Of a stretch of 64,000 nt of DNA, positions 7,876 to 16,818 are shown one piece after another; the first letter of the stretch is position 1; each line of letters begins with the position of its first letter. This DNA is from Dehalococcoidia bacterium (GTDB lineage: Bacteria > Chloroflexota > Dehalococcoidia > Lucifugimonadales > UBA3495). A program made the translations under genes and the position numbers. Below the pieces are notes generated by a model. The model had not been told where the DNA came from and did no database searches. It saw only the letters and a program-made list of their open reading frames with translations. The DNA is taken from positions 3,583 to 67,582 of the forward strand of contig CBDBCU010000003.1 of the NCBI GenBank assembly GCA_965203435.1, in the 5' to 3' direction.

Positions 7876-9480
7876 ATGCCGATGCTGACCGGCGGGCAAG
7901 CCTTGGCCAAATCCCTGTATCGGGAGGGAGTCCGGGTGATTTTCGGGCTGCCGGGGGTGCAGCTGTACCACGCTTTGGACGGATTAGCGGAGGAGCCGGG
8001 GATTCGGTTCATCACTACCCGCCACGAGCAGGCTACTACCTATATGGCGGACGGCTACTCCCGGGCCGGCGGCGCCGGCCTTGGCGCGGCGATGATGGTG
8101 CCCGGGCCCGGCTTGCAGAACGCCGCGGCCGGCATTGGCACGGCTTACGCCGCCTCGTCGCCCATCCTGGTGGTCTGCGGGCAGATTGAGCGGGATTTGA
8201 TTGGCGTTGACCGGGGGATTCTCCACGAAGTCAACGATCAGCTGGATACCATCAAGCCGGTTACCAAGTGGGCAAAACGGATTTTAGACCCGGCGGAAAT
8301 TCCGGATGCGGTGCATACCGCGTTCTATCAGCTGAAAACCGGCCGGCCGCGCCCGGTGGAAATTGAAATCCCGCCGGAAACCCTGGCGGAAAGGGCTGAG
8401 GTGGAACTGCGGGAGCCAGAGGAATATCCGCCGGCGGCGGCGGATCCGGCGGCGGTACAGGATGGGGCGCGGTTGCTGGCGGCGGCCGCTAATCCGCTGA
8501 TTTGGGCCGGCGGCGGCGTCATTTCCGCCGGAGCCGGGGATGCTTTGCGGCAAGTCGCCGAATATCTGCAAGCCCCGGTCATCACCACGCCGGAGGGCAA
8601 GGGGGCTATTTCGGAAAGGCATCCCCTGGCTTTGGGGGCGCACCGCCTGCGGAATGACCCGGTAGCCCGGGAAGCGCCCCACTTTGACGCTATCCTGGCC
8701 GTTGGCACTCGGATGGCTAACCCGGCCTGGCTGGACGGGCAGCCGATTGTGCAGATTGATATTGACCCGGCGGAACTGGGCCGCAACTGCCCCCACACTC
8801 AGGGCATCCTGGGCGATGCCCGGCAAACGCTGGAAAGCCTGCATACCGCCCTGGCCGCCATAACGCCGCCGCATCCCGACCGGTCGGCGGCAGTGGCGGC
8901 TTTGCGGGAAAGGCGGGCGGCCACCGCTTTGCGGGTAGAGCCGCAGGAAACTTTGACCGCTACTATCCGCAGCGTGATGCCCGAGGACGGCATCCTGATT
9001 GCCGGGATGACGCAAATCGGCTACTACTGCCGGGCTTTCTATCCGGTGTATCAGCCGCGGACTTTCATCACTTCCTCTTACGCCGGCAACTTGGGCTACG
9101 CTTTCCCGGTGGCGTTGGGGGCCAAGGTAGCCCAACCAGACAAGGCGGTGGTGGCGGTGTCCGGGGATGGCGGCTTTCTCTTTAATTCCCAGGAACTGGC
9201 GACGGCGGTGCAGTACGGCATTAACGTGGTGGTCGTGGTATTCAACGACAACGCCTATGGCAATGTGCTGCGGGATCAGGTGAACCGCTTTGAGGGGCGC
9301 ATTTACGGGGCGGATTTGCACAACCCGGATTTTGTAAAGCTGGCCGCGGCTTACGGAGCCCGGGGCGTCCGGGCCGAGGGCGCGGAACAGTTGGCGGCGG
9401 CCCTGCAGGAGGCATTGCGCGTGGACGCCCCGACGCTGATTGAGGTTCCGGTACCGCCGATGCCCACGCCCTTTGAGTAG
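7876..9480 (+). CDS. thiamine-pyrophosphate-binding enzyme (acetolactate synthase large subunit-like family)
   Basis: 534 aa. N-terminus G.ALAKSLYREGV..IFGLPG and the TPP-binding region SGDGGFLFNSQELATAV...VVVFNDNAYG are typical. Confidence 0.85.
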   Translation: MPMLTGGQALAKSLYREGVRVIFGLPGVQLYHALDGLAEEPGIRFITTRHEQATTYMADGYSRAGGAGLGAAMMVPGPGLQNAAAGIGTAYAASSPILVVCGQIERDLIGVDRGILHEVNDQLDTIKPVTKWAKRILDPAEIPDAVHTAFYQLKTGRPRPVEIEIPPETLAERAEVELREPEEYPPAAADPAAVQDGARLLAAAANPLIWAGGGVISAGAGDALRQVAEYLQAPVITTPEGKGAISERHPLALGAHRLRNDPVAREAPHFDAILAVGTRMANPAWLDGQPIVQIDIDPAELGRNCPHTQGILGDARQTLESLHTALAAITPPHPDRSAAVAALRERRAATALRVEPQETLTATIRSVMPEDGILIAGMTQIGYYCRAFYPVYQPRTFITSSYAGNLGYAFPVALGAKVAQPDKAVVAVSGDGGFLFNSQELATAVQYGINVVVVVFNDNAYGNVLRDQVNRFEGRIYGADLHNPDFVKLAAAYGARGVRAEGAEQLAAALQEALRVDAPTLIEVPVPPMPTPFE

Positions 9481-9628
9481 TGGGTAGCCGGGCGGCCGGA
9501 ATAGGCCCGCCTTTACCGCAACCGGTAATTAGCCGCCTTTGCCGCAAGGGATGATTAACCCCTTTCCCGGCCCCCTTTCCCGGCAAGGGGGAGCGGCCGG
9601 CGCTATCCTAGCGGCCATAGGATACCCA

Positions 9629-10351
9629 ATGGGCAAGGCTTTGACCCCACTGCATCAGTTGCACAACCGGGTTATCCAATGCGCCCGCTGTCCCCGGCTG
9701 GTGGAATATCGGGAGCGGGTCGCCCGGGAAAAGGCCGCCCGCTATCGGGATTGGGATTATTGGGGCCGGCCGGTGCCGCCCTTTGGCGATCCGGCGGCCC
9801 GGCTGCTGATAATGGGATTGGCTCCGGCGGCTCATGGCGGCAATCGCACCGGCCGGGCTTTTACCGGAGATGCCAGCGGCGATTGGCTGTTCCGCAGCCT
9901 GCATAAGTTTCACTTTGCCAAATCCCCCCATTCCCATAGCTTGGACGATGGCCTGGAGCTGACCGATGTCTATATCACCAACGCGGTACGCTGCGCCCCG
10001 CCGCAGAACCGGCCGACGGCGGCGGAAAAGGAAACCTGCCGCCCCTGGCTGATTCAGGAATTGCAGCTATTGACGGAGTTGAAAGCGGTCGTGGCTTTGG
10101 GCCGCTTTGCCTTTGACGCTTACCTGCAAACCCGCGCCGCGGCGGGCTTGGTCAATCCTGCGCCCAAACCGACCTTCGGGCATAACGCCGCTTATACCCT
10201 GCCGGAGGGCGTGGTCTTGATTGGATCGTATCATCCCAGCCGGCAGAACACCAACACCGGCAAGCTGACCGAGGAAATGTTTGACGCGGTGTTGGCAAAG
10301 GCGCGGGCGGTTATCGGGCCGGCGCGGGCCGGGGGAAATCCGCCGCTATAG
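9629..10351 (+). CDS. uracil-DNA glycosylase superfamily protein, family-5 (UDGb)-like
   Basis: CARCPRL Cys cluster and GLAPAAHGGNRTGRAFTGD motif. Start is placed at internal ATG 9629; the track ORF starts at 9539. Confidence 0.65.
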   Translation: MGKALTPLHQLHNRVIQCARCPRLVEYRERVAREKAARYRDWDYWGRPVPPFGDPAARLLIMGLAPAAHGGNRTGRAFTGDASGDWLFRSLHKFHFAKSPHSHSLDDGLELTDVYITNAVRCAPPQNRPTAAEKETCRPWLIQELQLLTELKAVVALGRFAFDAYLQTRAAAGLVNPAPKPTFGHNAAYTLPEGVVLIGSYHPSRQNTNTGKLTEEMFDAVLAKARAVIGPARAGGNPPL

Positions 10352-11773
10352 GGCATTGAGAAAGGCAATCAGGGCGGCCCGTTCCGCTTGGGAAAGGGCG
10401 ATGAAATTATCCCGGGATTTGGATCCTTCGCCGCCGTGCCAGAGGATGGCTTCGGACAGGTTGCGGGCGCGGCCGTCGTGGAGCAGGCGAGTATGGCCGT
10501 TGACCGTGGCAATCAGTCCGATTCCCCACAGCGGCGGAGTGCGCCATTCCTGCCCATCAGCCCGGAAATCCGGGCGGTTGTCGGCCAGGCCCGGCCCCAT
10601 ATCGTGCAGCAGCAGGTCGGTGTAGGGATAGATGGTCTGCTGGCTCAGGGCGGGAAGGTCGCTTTCCCCGGTAACATAGCGGGGCGTATGGCAGGCGGCG
10701 CAGCCGGCGGCTAGAAACAGCTCCGCCCCCGCCGCCACTTCGGGATCCTCCAGATTCCGCATCGCCGGCACGGCCAGGGTGCGGTTGTAAAAGGTTATTT
10801 TCCGCAGCCGTTCCGCCGGCAGTTCCGGATCGCCGCCATTAGGGGCCGCTAGACAGGCGGTTTGCGCCGGCGGGCAGTTTTCCTCGGGAAAGAGGATGGA
10901 AGTAATGCCGATGTCGCCCAAGAAAGCGGCGGCTACCTGCTGCGCCACGGTCGGCTGATTGGCTTTCCAACCAAAGCGACCCAACGACAAATCCCCCTTG
11001 CGCCAATCCCAGACCATATTGGGCCGGCCCGAAATGCCGTCGCCGTCCACATCCGCCGGGTCGGCTTGGGCCAAGAGGTCCGCCGCGGGAATAGATTCCA
11101 GCAGGCCGGCCCCGAACACTGCCGGGGCTACCCGGGGCGAAATCCGCAAGCCGGCCGGCAGGGGGCCAAAGGCCGGGTCGTTAATGGCATAGCGGGGCGA
11201 TAAGAGGGTATAGGGCTGGCCGTCAGCATAAGCGCCGGAAATTTCGGTATAGGTCAAGCCGATAATGCCCTCCGGCGGAACTAGCCCGATAGCCCGGTCT
11301 TGCAGTTGGCCGCCATAATTAGGGACGGGCAGGGGCGCGCCGTAGCGGTCGCTTCCCGGCCGGCTCAGGCGCAGCAGCAGGCCGCGGGTGGGGTCGTCCG
11401 CCGATTCGGGAGGGCGGCCGCGGCCGTCGTGGGTATGGCAGGAGGAACAGGATTGGGCGTTGAAAGTGGGGCCTAATCCATCCCGCGCCTCCGTGGAAGC
11501 CGGGGCCGTTACCCAATTCTGGTTAAAAAAGCTGTCGCCCACCTCGAAGGTGCGCCGCTCCAGGTTGGTCAAATTGCGGGCCGACAGGGAAAAGGCGTTG
11601 CGGGTGTGGTCAAAGGCGGTAGTGTCGCCGCCCAGCCGGGCTACCAGCAGAGATTCGGCGTCCCAGCCGCCGTTGCCGGATTGGGGAAAAAGTTGCCCGC
11701 AACCCGGCAGCAGCAGCAGGGCCAAGCCCATTACCGCTACCGCCAACCGCCGGATTAGCGGGCTTCCGTGCAT
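10346..11773 (-). CDS. di-haem cytochrome c peroxidase-like protein (DUF1111 family)
   Basis: Two CxxCH motifs (CSSCH, CAACH) and a signal peptide with lipobox-like LLPGC. Sits directly downstream of an imelysin gene, the usual pairing for this family. Confidence 0.75.
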   Translation of the reverse strand: MHGSPLIRRLAVAVMGLALLLLPGCGQLFPQSGNGGWDAESLLVARLGGDTTAFDHTRNAFSLSARNLTNLERRTFEVGDSFFNQNWVTAPASTEARDGLGPTFNAQSCSSCHTHDGRGRPPESADDPTRGLLLRLSRPGSDRYGAPLPVPNYGGQLQDRAIGLVPPEGIIGLTYTEISGAYADGQPYTLLSPRYAINDPAFGPLPAGLRISPRVAPAVFGAGLLESIPAADLLAQADPADVDGDGISGRPNMVWDWRKGDLSLGRFGWKANQPTVAQQVAAAFLGDIGITSILFPEENCPPAQTACLAAPNGGDPELPAERLRKITFYNRTLAVPAMRNLEDPEVAAGAELFLAAGCAACHTPRYVTGESDLPALSQQTIYPYTDLLLHDMGPGLADNRPDFRADGQEWRTPPLWGIGLIATVNGHTRLLHDGRARNLSEAILWHGGEGSKSRDNFIALSQAERAALIAFLNAL

Positions 11774-11792
11774 AATCGGTGACGCCGTCCCC

Positions 11793-12980
11793 TTAGCTGA
11801 CGTTCAGGGTGATGCCCACTCGCAGGGCGGCGTCCACGATGGTGTCGGTCTGCAATTCCAGGGCCGCGATGGTGTCCAGGATGGAAACCCGGCCGGCGGC
11901 GCTGTTCGGCACATTTTCGCCCAGGTGCTGGTCAAAGGGGGCGGGAATGCGGCCGGCCAGGGCTACGCTGTCCCGGATTTGCCCTTCCAGCTGGACGGCC
12001 AGGTTGGGGTCGGCGGCGGCGACCAGGTCGCTGACCCCGGGGCCGGCCAAGCCGCCGTAATCGCCGGTATAGACCATCAGGATGCCCAAGGCGTTGCCCA
12101 CGATGTCGGCGGTGGTGTTGTCGGAAAAACAGGAATGTTCATCCTCTTGGGAGCGTTCCTCGAAGGCCACCGTCATCCGCTCTCCGGCCAACTCGCCGCG
12201 GCTCAGTTCGCCAATGCCGGTGATGATGTGGGTCAGGGCGGTATCGGTATCCATTGCCAGGAATTGGGCGCGGTAATTGCCGCTGACCGCCGGACTCCAC
12301 GCCTGCACCAAGCCGTCCAGGTGGGTCAGCAGCAGATCCGAGGCTACGGCCAGGTAAGTTCCCCGGCGGTCGGCATTGGCGGCGGTAGTGTAGTCGGACA
12401 CCGGGCGGGAGCCGGGGCCGAGGGGGTTCAGATCCTGGCCCCAAAGCAGGAACTCGATGGCGTGCCAACCGGTGGAAATGTTGGCTTCGCCGTCCTTTTC
12501 GTTCAGCTCGGTGAGCAGGGCGGCGTTAATGCTGGGATACTGGTCGGGGTTGTTGATGACGCCGGCCCCGGAATCGCCCTCGACATAGTCCACATAGGCT
12601 TCATCCATGGGCCAGGCGTTAATCAGCCCCTCCGGGCCGTCCGTCTCATTGTCAATGGGGCCGCCGTAGAAACGATAGGCTTCGGTGGGGCCGTAGTCGT
12701 CCCGGGCCAGGAGCCAGGCCCGTTTGGCCGCTTCCAGCGTGGCCGGGGTGGGGTTGGTCAGGAAAGTGTCAATGGCCCGATCCATTGCCCGGGCCGACTG
12801 GCGGCTCTGGAGGTAGGTGGCATAGACGCCGTTGGCGTAGTTCCGGACTACTTCCTCTTTGAGGGCGGCGCTGGGGCCGGCAGGCTCCGGGGCCGGCTGC
12901 GCCTGGGTGCAGGCCAGCAGCAACAGGGAGAGGGCGGTCAACAGGGTGACCGGGACGGCCAGTCTTAAAGGAAAGCGCAT
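11793..12980 (-). CDS. imelysin-family (M75/IrpA-like) lipoprotein
   Basis: Signal/lipobox LLLACT. HAIEFLLWGQD motif and overall layout are typical of imelysin. Confidence 0.75.
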   Translation of the reverse strand: MRFPLRLAVPVTLLTALSLLLLACTQAQPAPEPAGPSAALKEEVVRNYANGVYATYLQSRQSARAMDRAIDTFLTNPTPATLEAAKRAWLLARDDYGPTEAYRFYGGPIDNETDGPEGLINAWPMDEAYVDYVEGDSGAGVINNPDQYPSINAALLTELNEKDGEANISTGWHAIEFLLWGQDLNPLGPGSRPVSDYTTAANADRRGTYLAVASDLLLTHLDGLVQAWSPAVSGNYRAQFLAMDTDTALTHIITGIGELSRGELAGERMTVAFEERSQEDEHSCFSDNTTADIVGNALGILMVYTGDYGGLAGPGVSDLVAAADPNLAVQLEGQIRDSVALAGRIPAPFDQHLGENVPNSAAGRVSILDTIAALELQTDTIVDAALRVGITLNVS

Positions 12981-13084
12981 AAAAATTCCCTCCGCGGATT
13001 AGATAGGGTATCCGGCAGGCAGTTGTCTTGCCTCCCCAGTCAAGGCAACCGGGCCGCGGCGGGCGGCCGTCCGGATAAAAGTTT

Positions 13085-13120
13085 CCGCCGCCCGCCCCGT
13101 CCCCCGGAGGCGGGCGGCGG
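13085..13120. other. perfect 12-bp GC stem-loop in the divergent intergenic region
   Basis: CCGCCGCCCGCC, 12-nt loop, GGCGGGCGGCGG. Lies between the candidate minus-strand promoter and the imelysin start. Confidence 0.6.
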
Positions 13121-13187
13121 TTCTGAATATCCCTTTAAGTTCGTGCGGCGGATTAACTGGAGTAATTACCGCATAACTTGATTTATT

Positions 13188-13215
13188 AGTATATACATAT
13201 ATTTTTCCTTGTCAA
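13188..13215 (-). promoter_or_regulatory. candidate sigma70-type promoter for the imelysin/DUF1111 operon inside an AT-rich tract
   Basis: On the minus strand: TTGACA, 16 nt, TATACT. The -10 overlaps the 8-bp palindrome GTATATAC. Confidence 0.35.
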
Positions 13216-13440
13216 TACTTTATTTTATTTTGCAGGGATACAATTCTAGCGGATTATTATGTATTGGCAATTCAGATACCGGCATACTTTGCGGAGCTGA
13301 CCCGGCAACGGGTTCCGGGGATACCTTTCAGCGGGTTCCGGGATAATTTCAGTGTTTAGTGACGCCCGGCCCATTGACGGGCCGCAATCCCGGTTATACT
13401 ATCCCCTATAAATCCGCCGCAGCCGGCCGGCCGGCAAAGG

Positions 13441-16400
13441 ATGAAAACCGCGATGGCTTTAGAGGAACCGCAACTGAACGGGCGCATTGCCAGCGTCATC
13501 CGTCCGATGACTAAAGGGCTGGGCTGGACGGTGCGCGAGGAACTGTGGTATGCCCTGCGCGGCCCCAAGCATAAGCCGGACATTCTGATTACCCGGGATG
13601 CCGGGCCGCCCATCATCCTGGAGAACGAATATCTGCCGGCCAACACCCTGGTTGCCGACTGCACGCGGGTAATGGGCCGGGAATTGGAGCCGGAGGTAGC
13701 CGGCAGCACGGGGATTGTCGGCACCGTGATTGCTGTTCGTTCCTCGGACGACCTGAATGACTGCGCCGACGGCGACCAGGCCCAGGCCATGCTGGAAAGG
13801 GGGGCGGCCCTGGAGTATGCCGTCTATCAGGGCAATATGACCACCCGCTTTCCCGCCTCGGGGTTCATTACCGGCTCGGTCCGGGAAATGGTGGATTTCA
13901 TCAAGCCGGCGGCCGAGCCGCGGGACATCATCGCCAAAGCGGCCAAGGCCCTCGCCCGGGGCGCTAATGATGCCGCCCAGCGCATCCTGGACTGCGCGCC
14001 GGGTACTGATGTCGGCGCGTTAGTGGGCGAAGTCCTGCGGCAGCCCTGGCCGGCCGTTGCGGAGCGGCCGGCCATGACGACGCAGGAAAACCGGCAGCAG
14101 GCCGCGGACAATACGGCCCGGCGGCAAACGGCCAAGATGTGCGCGACCATCATTATCAACGCCCTGGCTTACCAGCAGAACTTGGCCGGGTATCAAGGCA
14201 TTCGGGATTTGGATCGGGTTAAAGCCAATACTCCCGGCGGTCAGCTCACCAAGACCTCGGTTCTGGAGGAGTGGCGGAAAATCCTCGCCATCAACTACTG
14301 GCCCATCTTTCACATTGCCCATCAAGTGCTTATGGCTTTGCCGCCGCCCCCGGTGGTCAATATGCTCCCGGGAATGCACGCCGCCGCCGAGGCCATTCAA
14401 GGGGCTATGCGAACCCACGATGTGGCCGGGGAAGTCTTTCAGTCGCTGATTGCCGACCGGCAAACCCTGGCTACCTACTACACCCGCCCGGAGTCCACTA
14501 CCCTGGCCGCGTATCTGGCCGTGCCGGAAAACTTGGATTGGGCCGACCCGAAAACCCTGAAAAACTACCAGATTGCCGACTACGCCTGCGGCACCGGCGG
14601 GCTGGTGCTGGCCGCCTATCAGCGGGCCCGGGAGCTGCACCGCAGTTACGGCGGCGATCCGGATACCCTCCATTCCGGGATGATGGAAAATGCCTTGACC
14701 GCCTGCGATATTATGCCGGCCGCCGTGCATTTGACTTCCTCCCTGCTGTCCTCGGTAGCCTACCGGGAACGGTATGCCGGCACCCGCAACATCCTTTATC
14801 CCTTTGGCGGCGTCAAGAAACGGGACGGCGAGGGGAAGGTCCTTACCGACGCCGCTGGCAATCCGGAACTGGCGAAAGACAAAGAGGGCAATCTGCTGGT
14901 GGACATCGGCGCCCTGGAACTGCTCGATATCCAATCCACCCGCCATCAAATCGTCCTGCCGCTGAACGAGGGGCAAAGCGCGCTCGGGTCCAATGGAAAG
15001 CGCAAGCCCATTGAGGTGGAAATGACGCCGGCCAGCCAGAGCCTGGTGATTATGAACCCGCCTTTTACCACCCCGACCAATCACGCCGCCGACCATGTGG
15101 ATACCAACAACCCGGCTTTTGCCGCCTTTGGCACTACTGCGGCCGAGCAGGACGCGATGAGCGAGCGGGTCAAACAGCTAGGCAAAGACACCATCCGGGA
15201 TGGCTATGCCGGGTTGGGTTCCGACTTCGCCGCCATTGCCCACAATATGGTCAAGCCCGGCGGCCACATCGCCCTGATTCTGCCCATTTCCGCGATGCTG
15301 GGCGGCAGCTGGGACGGCAAGGTAATGCGGAGTTGGCAGAAACTGCGCCAGTTGCTGGCGGAAAACTACGCGGACATCATTGTCCTCAGCATTGCCCAGC
15401 CGACCACCTGGGAATCGGCTTTTTCCGCCGACACCCAATTGCCGGAGGTAATTATCATTGCCCGCCGCTTGACCGAGGACGAAGCCGCTCCGGGAACCGC
15501 CCATTTCGTCAGCCTGAAAGAGCGGCCGGGCAACAAGCTGGAAGCCCAGGAAACGGCGCGGGTTATTCGGCAAGCCGTTGCCGCTTTGCGGGAAACGGGA
15601 CAGAGCCGGATTTTCTATATCGGCAACCAGGAAATGGGCCGGGTCAGCTTGGAAGTCGCGCCGGCCCGGGAGAAGTGGACTACCCTGCGGATCAGCAACA
15701 TTGACCTGGCCCTGCGGGCCAAGGCCCTGGCCCAAGGGGAATTGCGCTTGCCGCAGCGCCGCGACGCCTTGTCCGTCCCCATAGCCCGGATCGGGGAAAT
15801 TGGGCGGGTCGGCCCGGTACACCGGGCTATCCTTGCGGCCTTTACTACCCGGAAAGGGGCCAACAGCGGCACCGAATATCCGATGCTCTGGAATCACGAC
15901 GAGCAAGTCAAAAGGGACCGAAAAACCGGGCTGATAATCAACCCGCCCCGGCAGGTCGGCATGGCTACGCCCCCGGATACTAGCGGCGAGGTCAAGGCGG
16001 GCAAGGCCGATGCGGCGGCCAAGATTTGGGCTACGGCCAGCCATTTGCACATCAATATGGATTTCCAGTTCAACGCCAATCCGACTTGCGCCGCTTTTAC
16101 CGAGAGAATAACCGCCGGCGGGCGGGCCTGGCCCACTCTGCAAATGGACACGGTGGCAATGGAAAAGGCCACCTGCGTCTGGCTGAATGGGACGCTGGGT
16201 ATCCTCAGCTATTGGATTGAAAGCAACCGCACTCAAAACGGCCGGGGCGGCACTACCGTAACGGCTATTCCCAACATCCCGACCCTGGATTTGCGGCAGT
16301 TGACGGCGGAGCGCTTGGCCGCCGCCGTGCAAATCTACGATGACCTTTGCCAGGAGCGGATGCTGCCGGCCAACGAAGCCTACCGGGATCCGGTGCGGCA

Positions 16401-16536
16401 GGAATTGGATCGCCGCCTGCTGGTCGAGGTTTTGGGGTTGGAGGACACGGCCATCGAGCAGTTGGCAATCCTGCGGAATCAGTGGTGTATGGAGCCGACG
16501 GTGACCGGCGGCAAGTCCACCGGTTTGGCGGAATAA
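13441..16536 (+). CDS. large single-chain gamma-class N6-adenine DNA methyltransferase-like protein (possible Type IIG-like fusion)
   Basis: 1031 aa. Motif I-like IADYACGTGG and motif IV VIMNPPFT occur in that order. The N-terminal ~130 aa carries KPDILI...IILENEY. The long C-terminal region has no motif I recognise. Confidence 0.75.
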   Translation: MKTAMALEEPQLNGRIASVIRPMTKGLGWTVREELWYALRGPKHKPDILITRDAGPPIILENEYLPANTLVADCTRVMGRELEPEVAGSTGIVGTVIAVRSSDDLNDCADGDQAQAMLERGAALEYAVYQGNMTTRFPASGFITGSVREMVDFIKPAAEPRDIIAKAAKALARGANDAAQRILDCAPGTDVGALVGEVLRQPWPAVAERPAMTTQENRQQAADNTARRQTAKMCATIIINALAYQQNLAGYQGIRDLDRVKANTPGGQLTKTSVLEEWRKILAINYWPIFHIAHQVLMALPPPPVVNMLPGMHAAAEAIQGAMRTHDVAGEVFQSLIADRQTLATYYTRPESTTLAAYLAVPENLDWADPKTLKNYQIADYACGTGGLVLAAYQRARELHRSYGGDPDTLHSGMMENALTACDIMPAAVHLTSSLLSSVAYRERYAGTRNILYPFGGVKKRDGEGKVLTDAAGNPELAKDKEGNLLVDIGALELLDIQSTRHQIVLPLNEGQSALGSNGKRKPIEVEMTPASQSLVIMNPPFTTPTNHAADHVDTNNPAFAAFGTTAAEQDAMSERVKQLGKDTIRDGYAGLGSDFAAIAHNMVKPGGHIALILPISAMLGGSWDGKVMRSWQKLRQLLAENYADIIVLSIAQPTTWESAFSADTQLPEVIIIARRLTEDEAAPGTAHFVSLKERPGNKLEAQETARVIRQAVAALRETGQSRIFYIGNQEMGRVSLEVAPAREKWTTLRISNIDLALRAKALAQGELRLPQRRDALSVPIARIGEIGRVGPVHRAILAAFTTRKGANSGTEYPMLWNHDEQVKRDRKTGLIINPPRQVGMATPPDTSGEVKAGKADAAAKIWATASHLHINMDFQFNANPTCAAFTERITAGGRAWPTLQMDTVAMEKATCVWLNGTLGILSYWIESNRTQNGRGGTTVTAIPNIPTLDLRQLTAERLAAAVQIYDDLCQERMLPANEAYRDPVRQELDRRLLVEVLGLEDTAIEQLAILRNQWCMEPTVTGGKSTGLAE

Positions 16537-16555
16537 CCGCTAGCGATTTATAGTT

Positions 16556-16745
16556 CTGTTGCCTTTGCGGGTATTTCTTTCCGCCCGTCCTTCAACAAGT
16601 TCAGGATGAGCGGAAAGAAGCTCAGGATGGGCGGTTCTATTGCCTTTGCGGGTATTTCTTTCCGCCCGTCCTTCAACAAGTTCAGGATGAGCGGAAAGAA
16701 GTTCAGGACGGGCGGAAAGAAGCTCCGGATGGGCGGAAAGAACTG
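16556..16745. repeat. tandem 81-bp duplication built from REP-A units
   Basis: TTGCCTTTGCGGGTATTTCTTTCCGCCCGTCCTTCAACAAGTTCAGGATGAGCGGAAAGAAG occurs at 16559 and again at 16640, followed by further GGATGGGCGGAAAG half-units. Confidence 0.85.
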
Positions 16746-16818
16746 CCCGGCAAAGGTTACAGAGCCAGGTTTATAGTTTCCCGGGGAAACCGGGGGGCAA
16801 TCTTTCAGCGAGGTTGTT

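Noticed and set aside
7693-7971. 92-aa minus-strand ORF spanning the REP unit and the start of the TPP-enzyme gene.
   Set aside because: It overlaps the promoter/RBS and 5' end of a well-supported gene and includes a REP translation (PLILNLLKDG).
9539-9628. N-terminal 30-aa extension of the UDG-like ORF.
   Set aside because: The extension is Gly/Pro/Ala-rich with no SD. The internal ATG 9629 gives a protein of typical family length. The longer form cannot be excluded.
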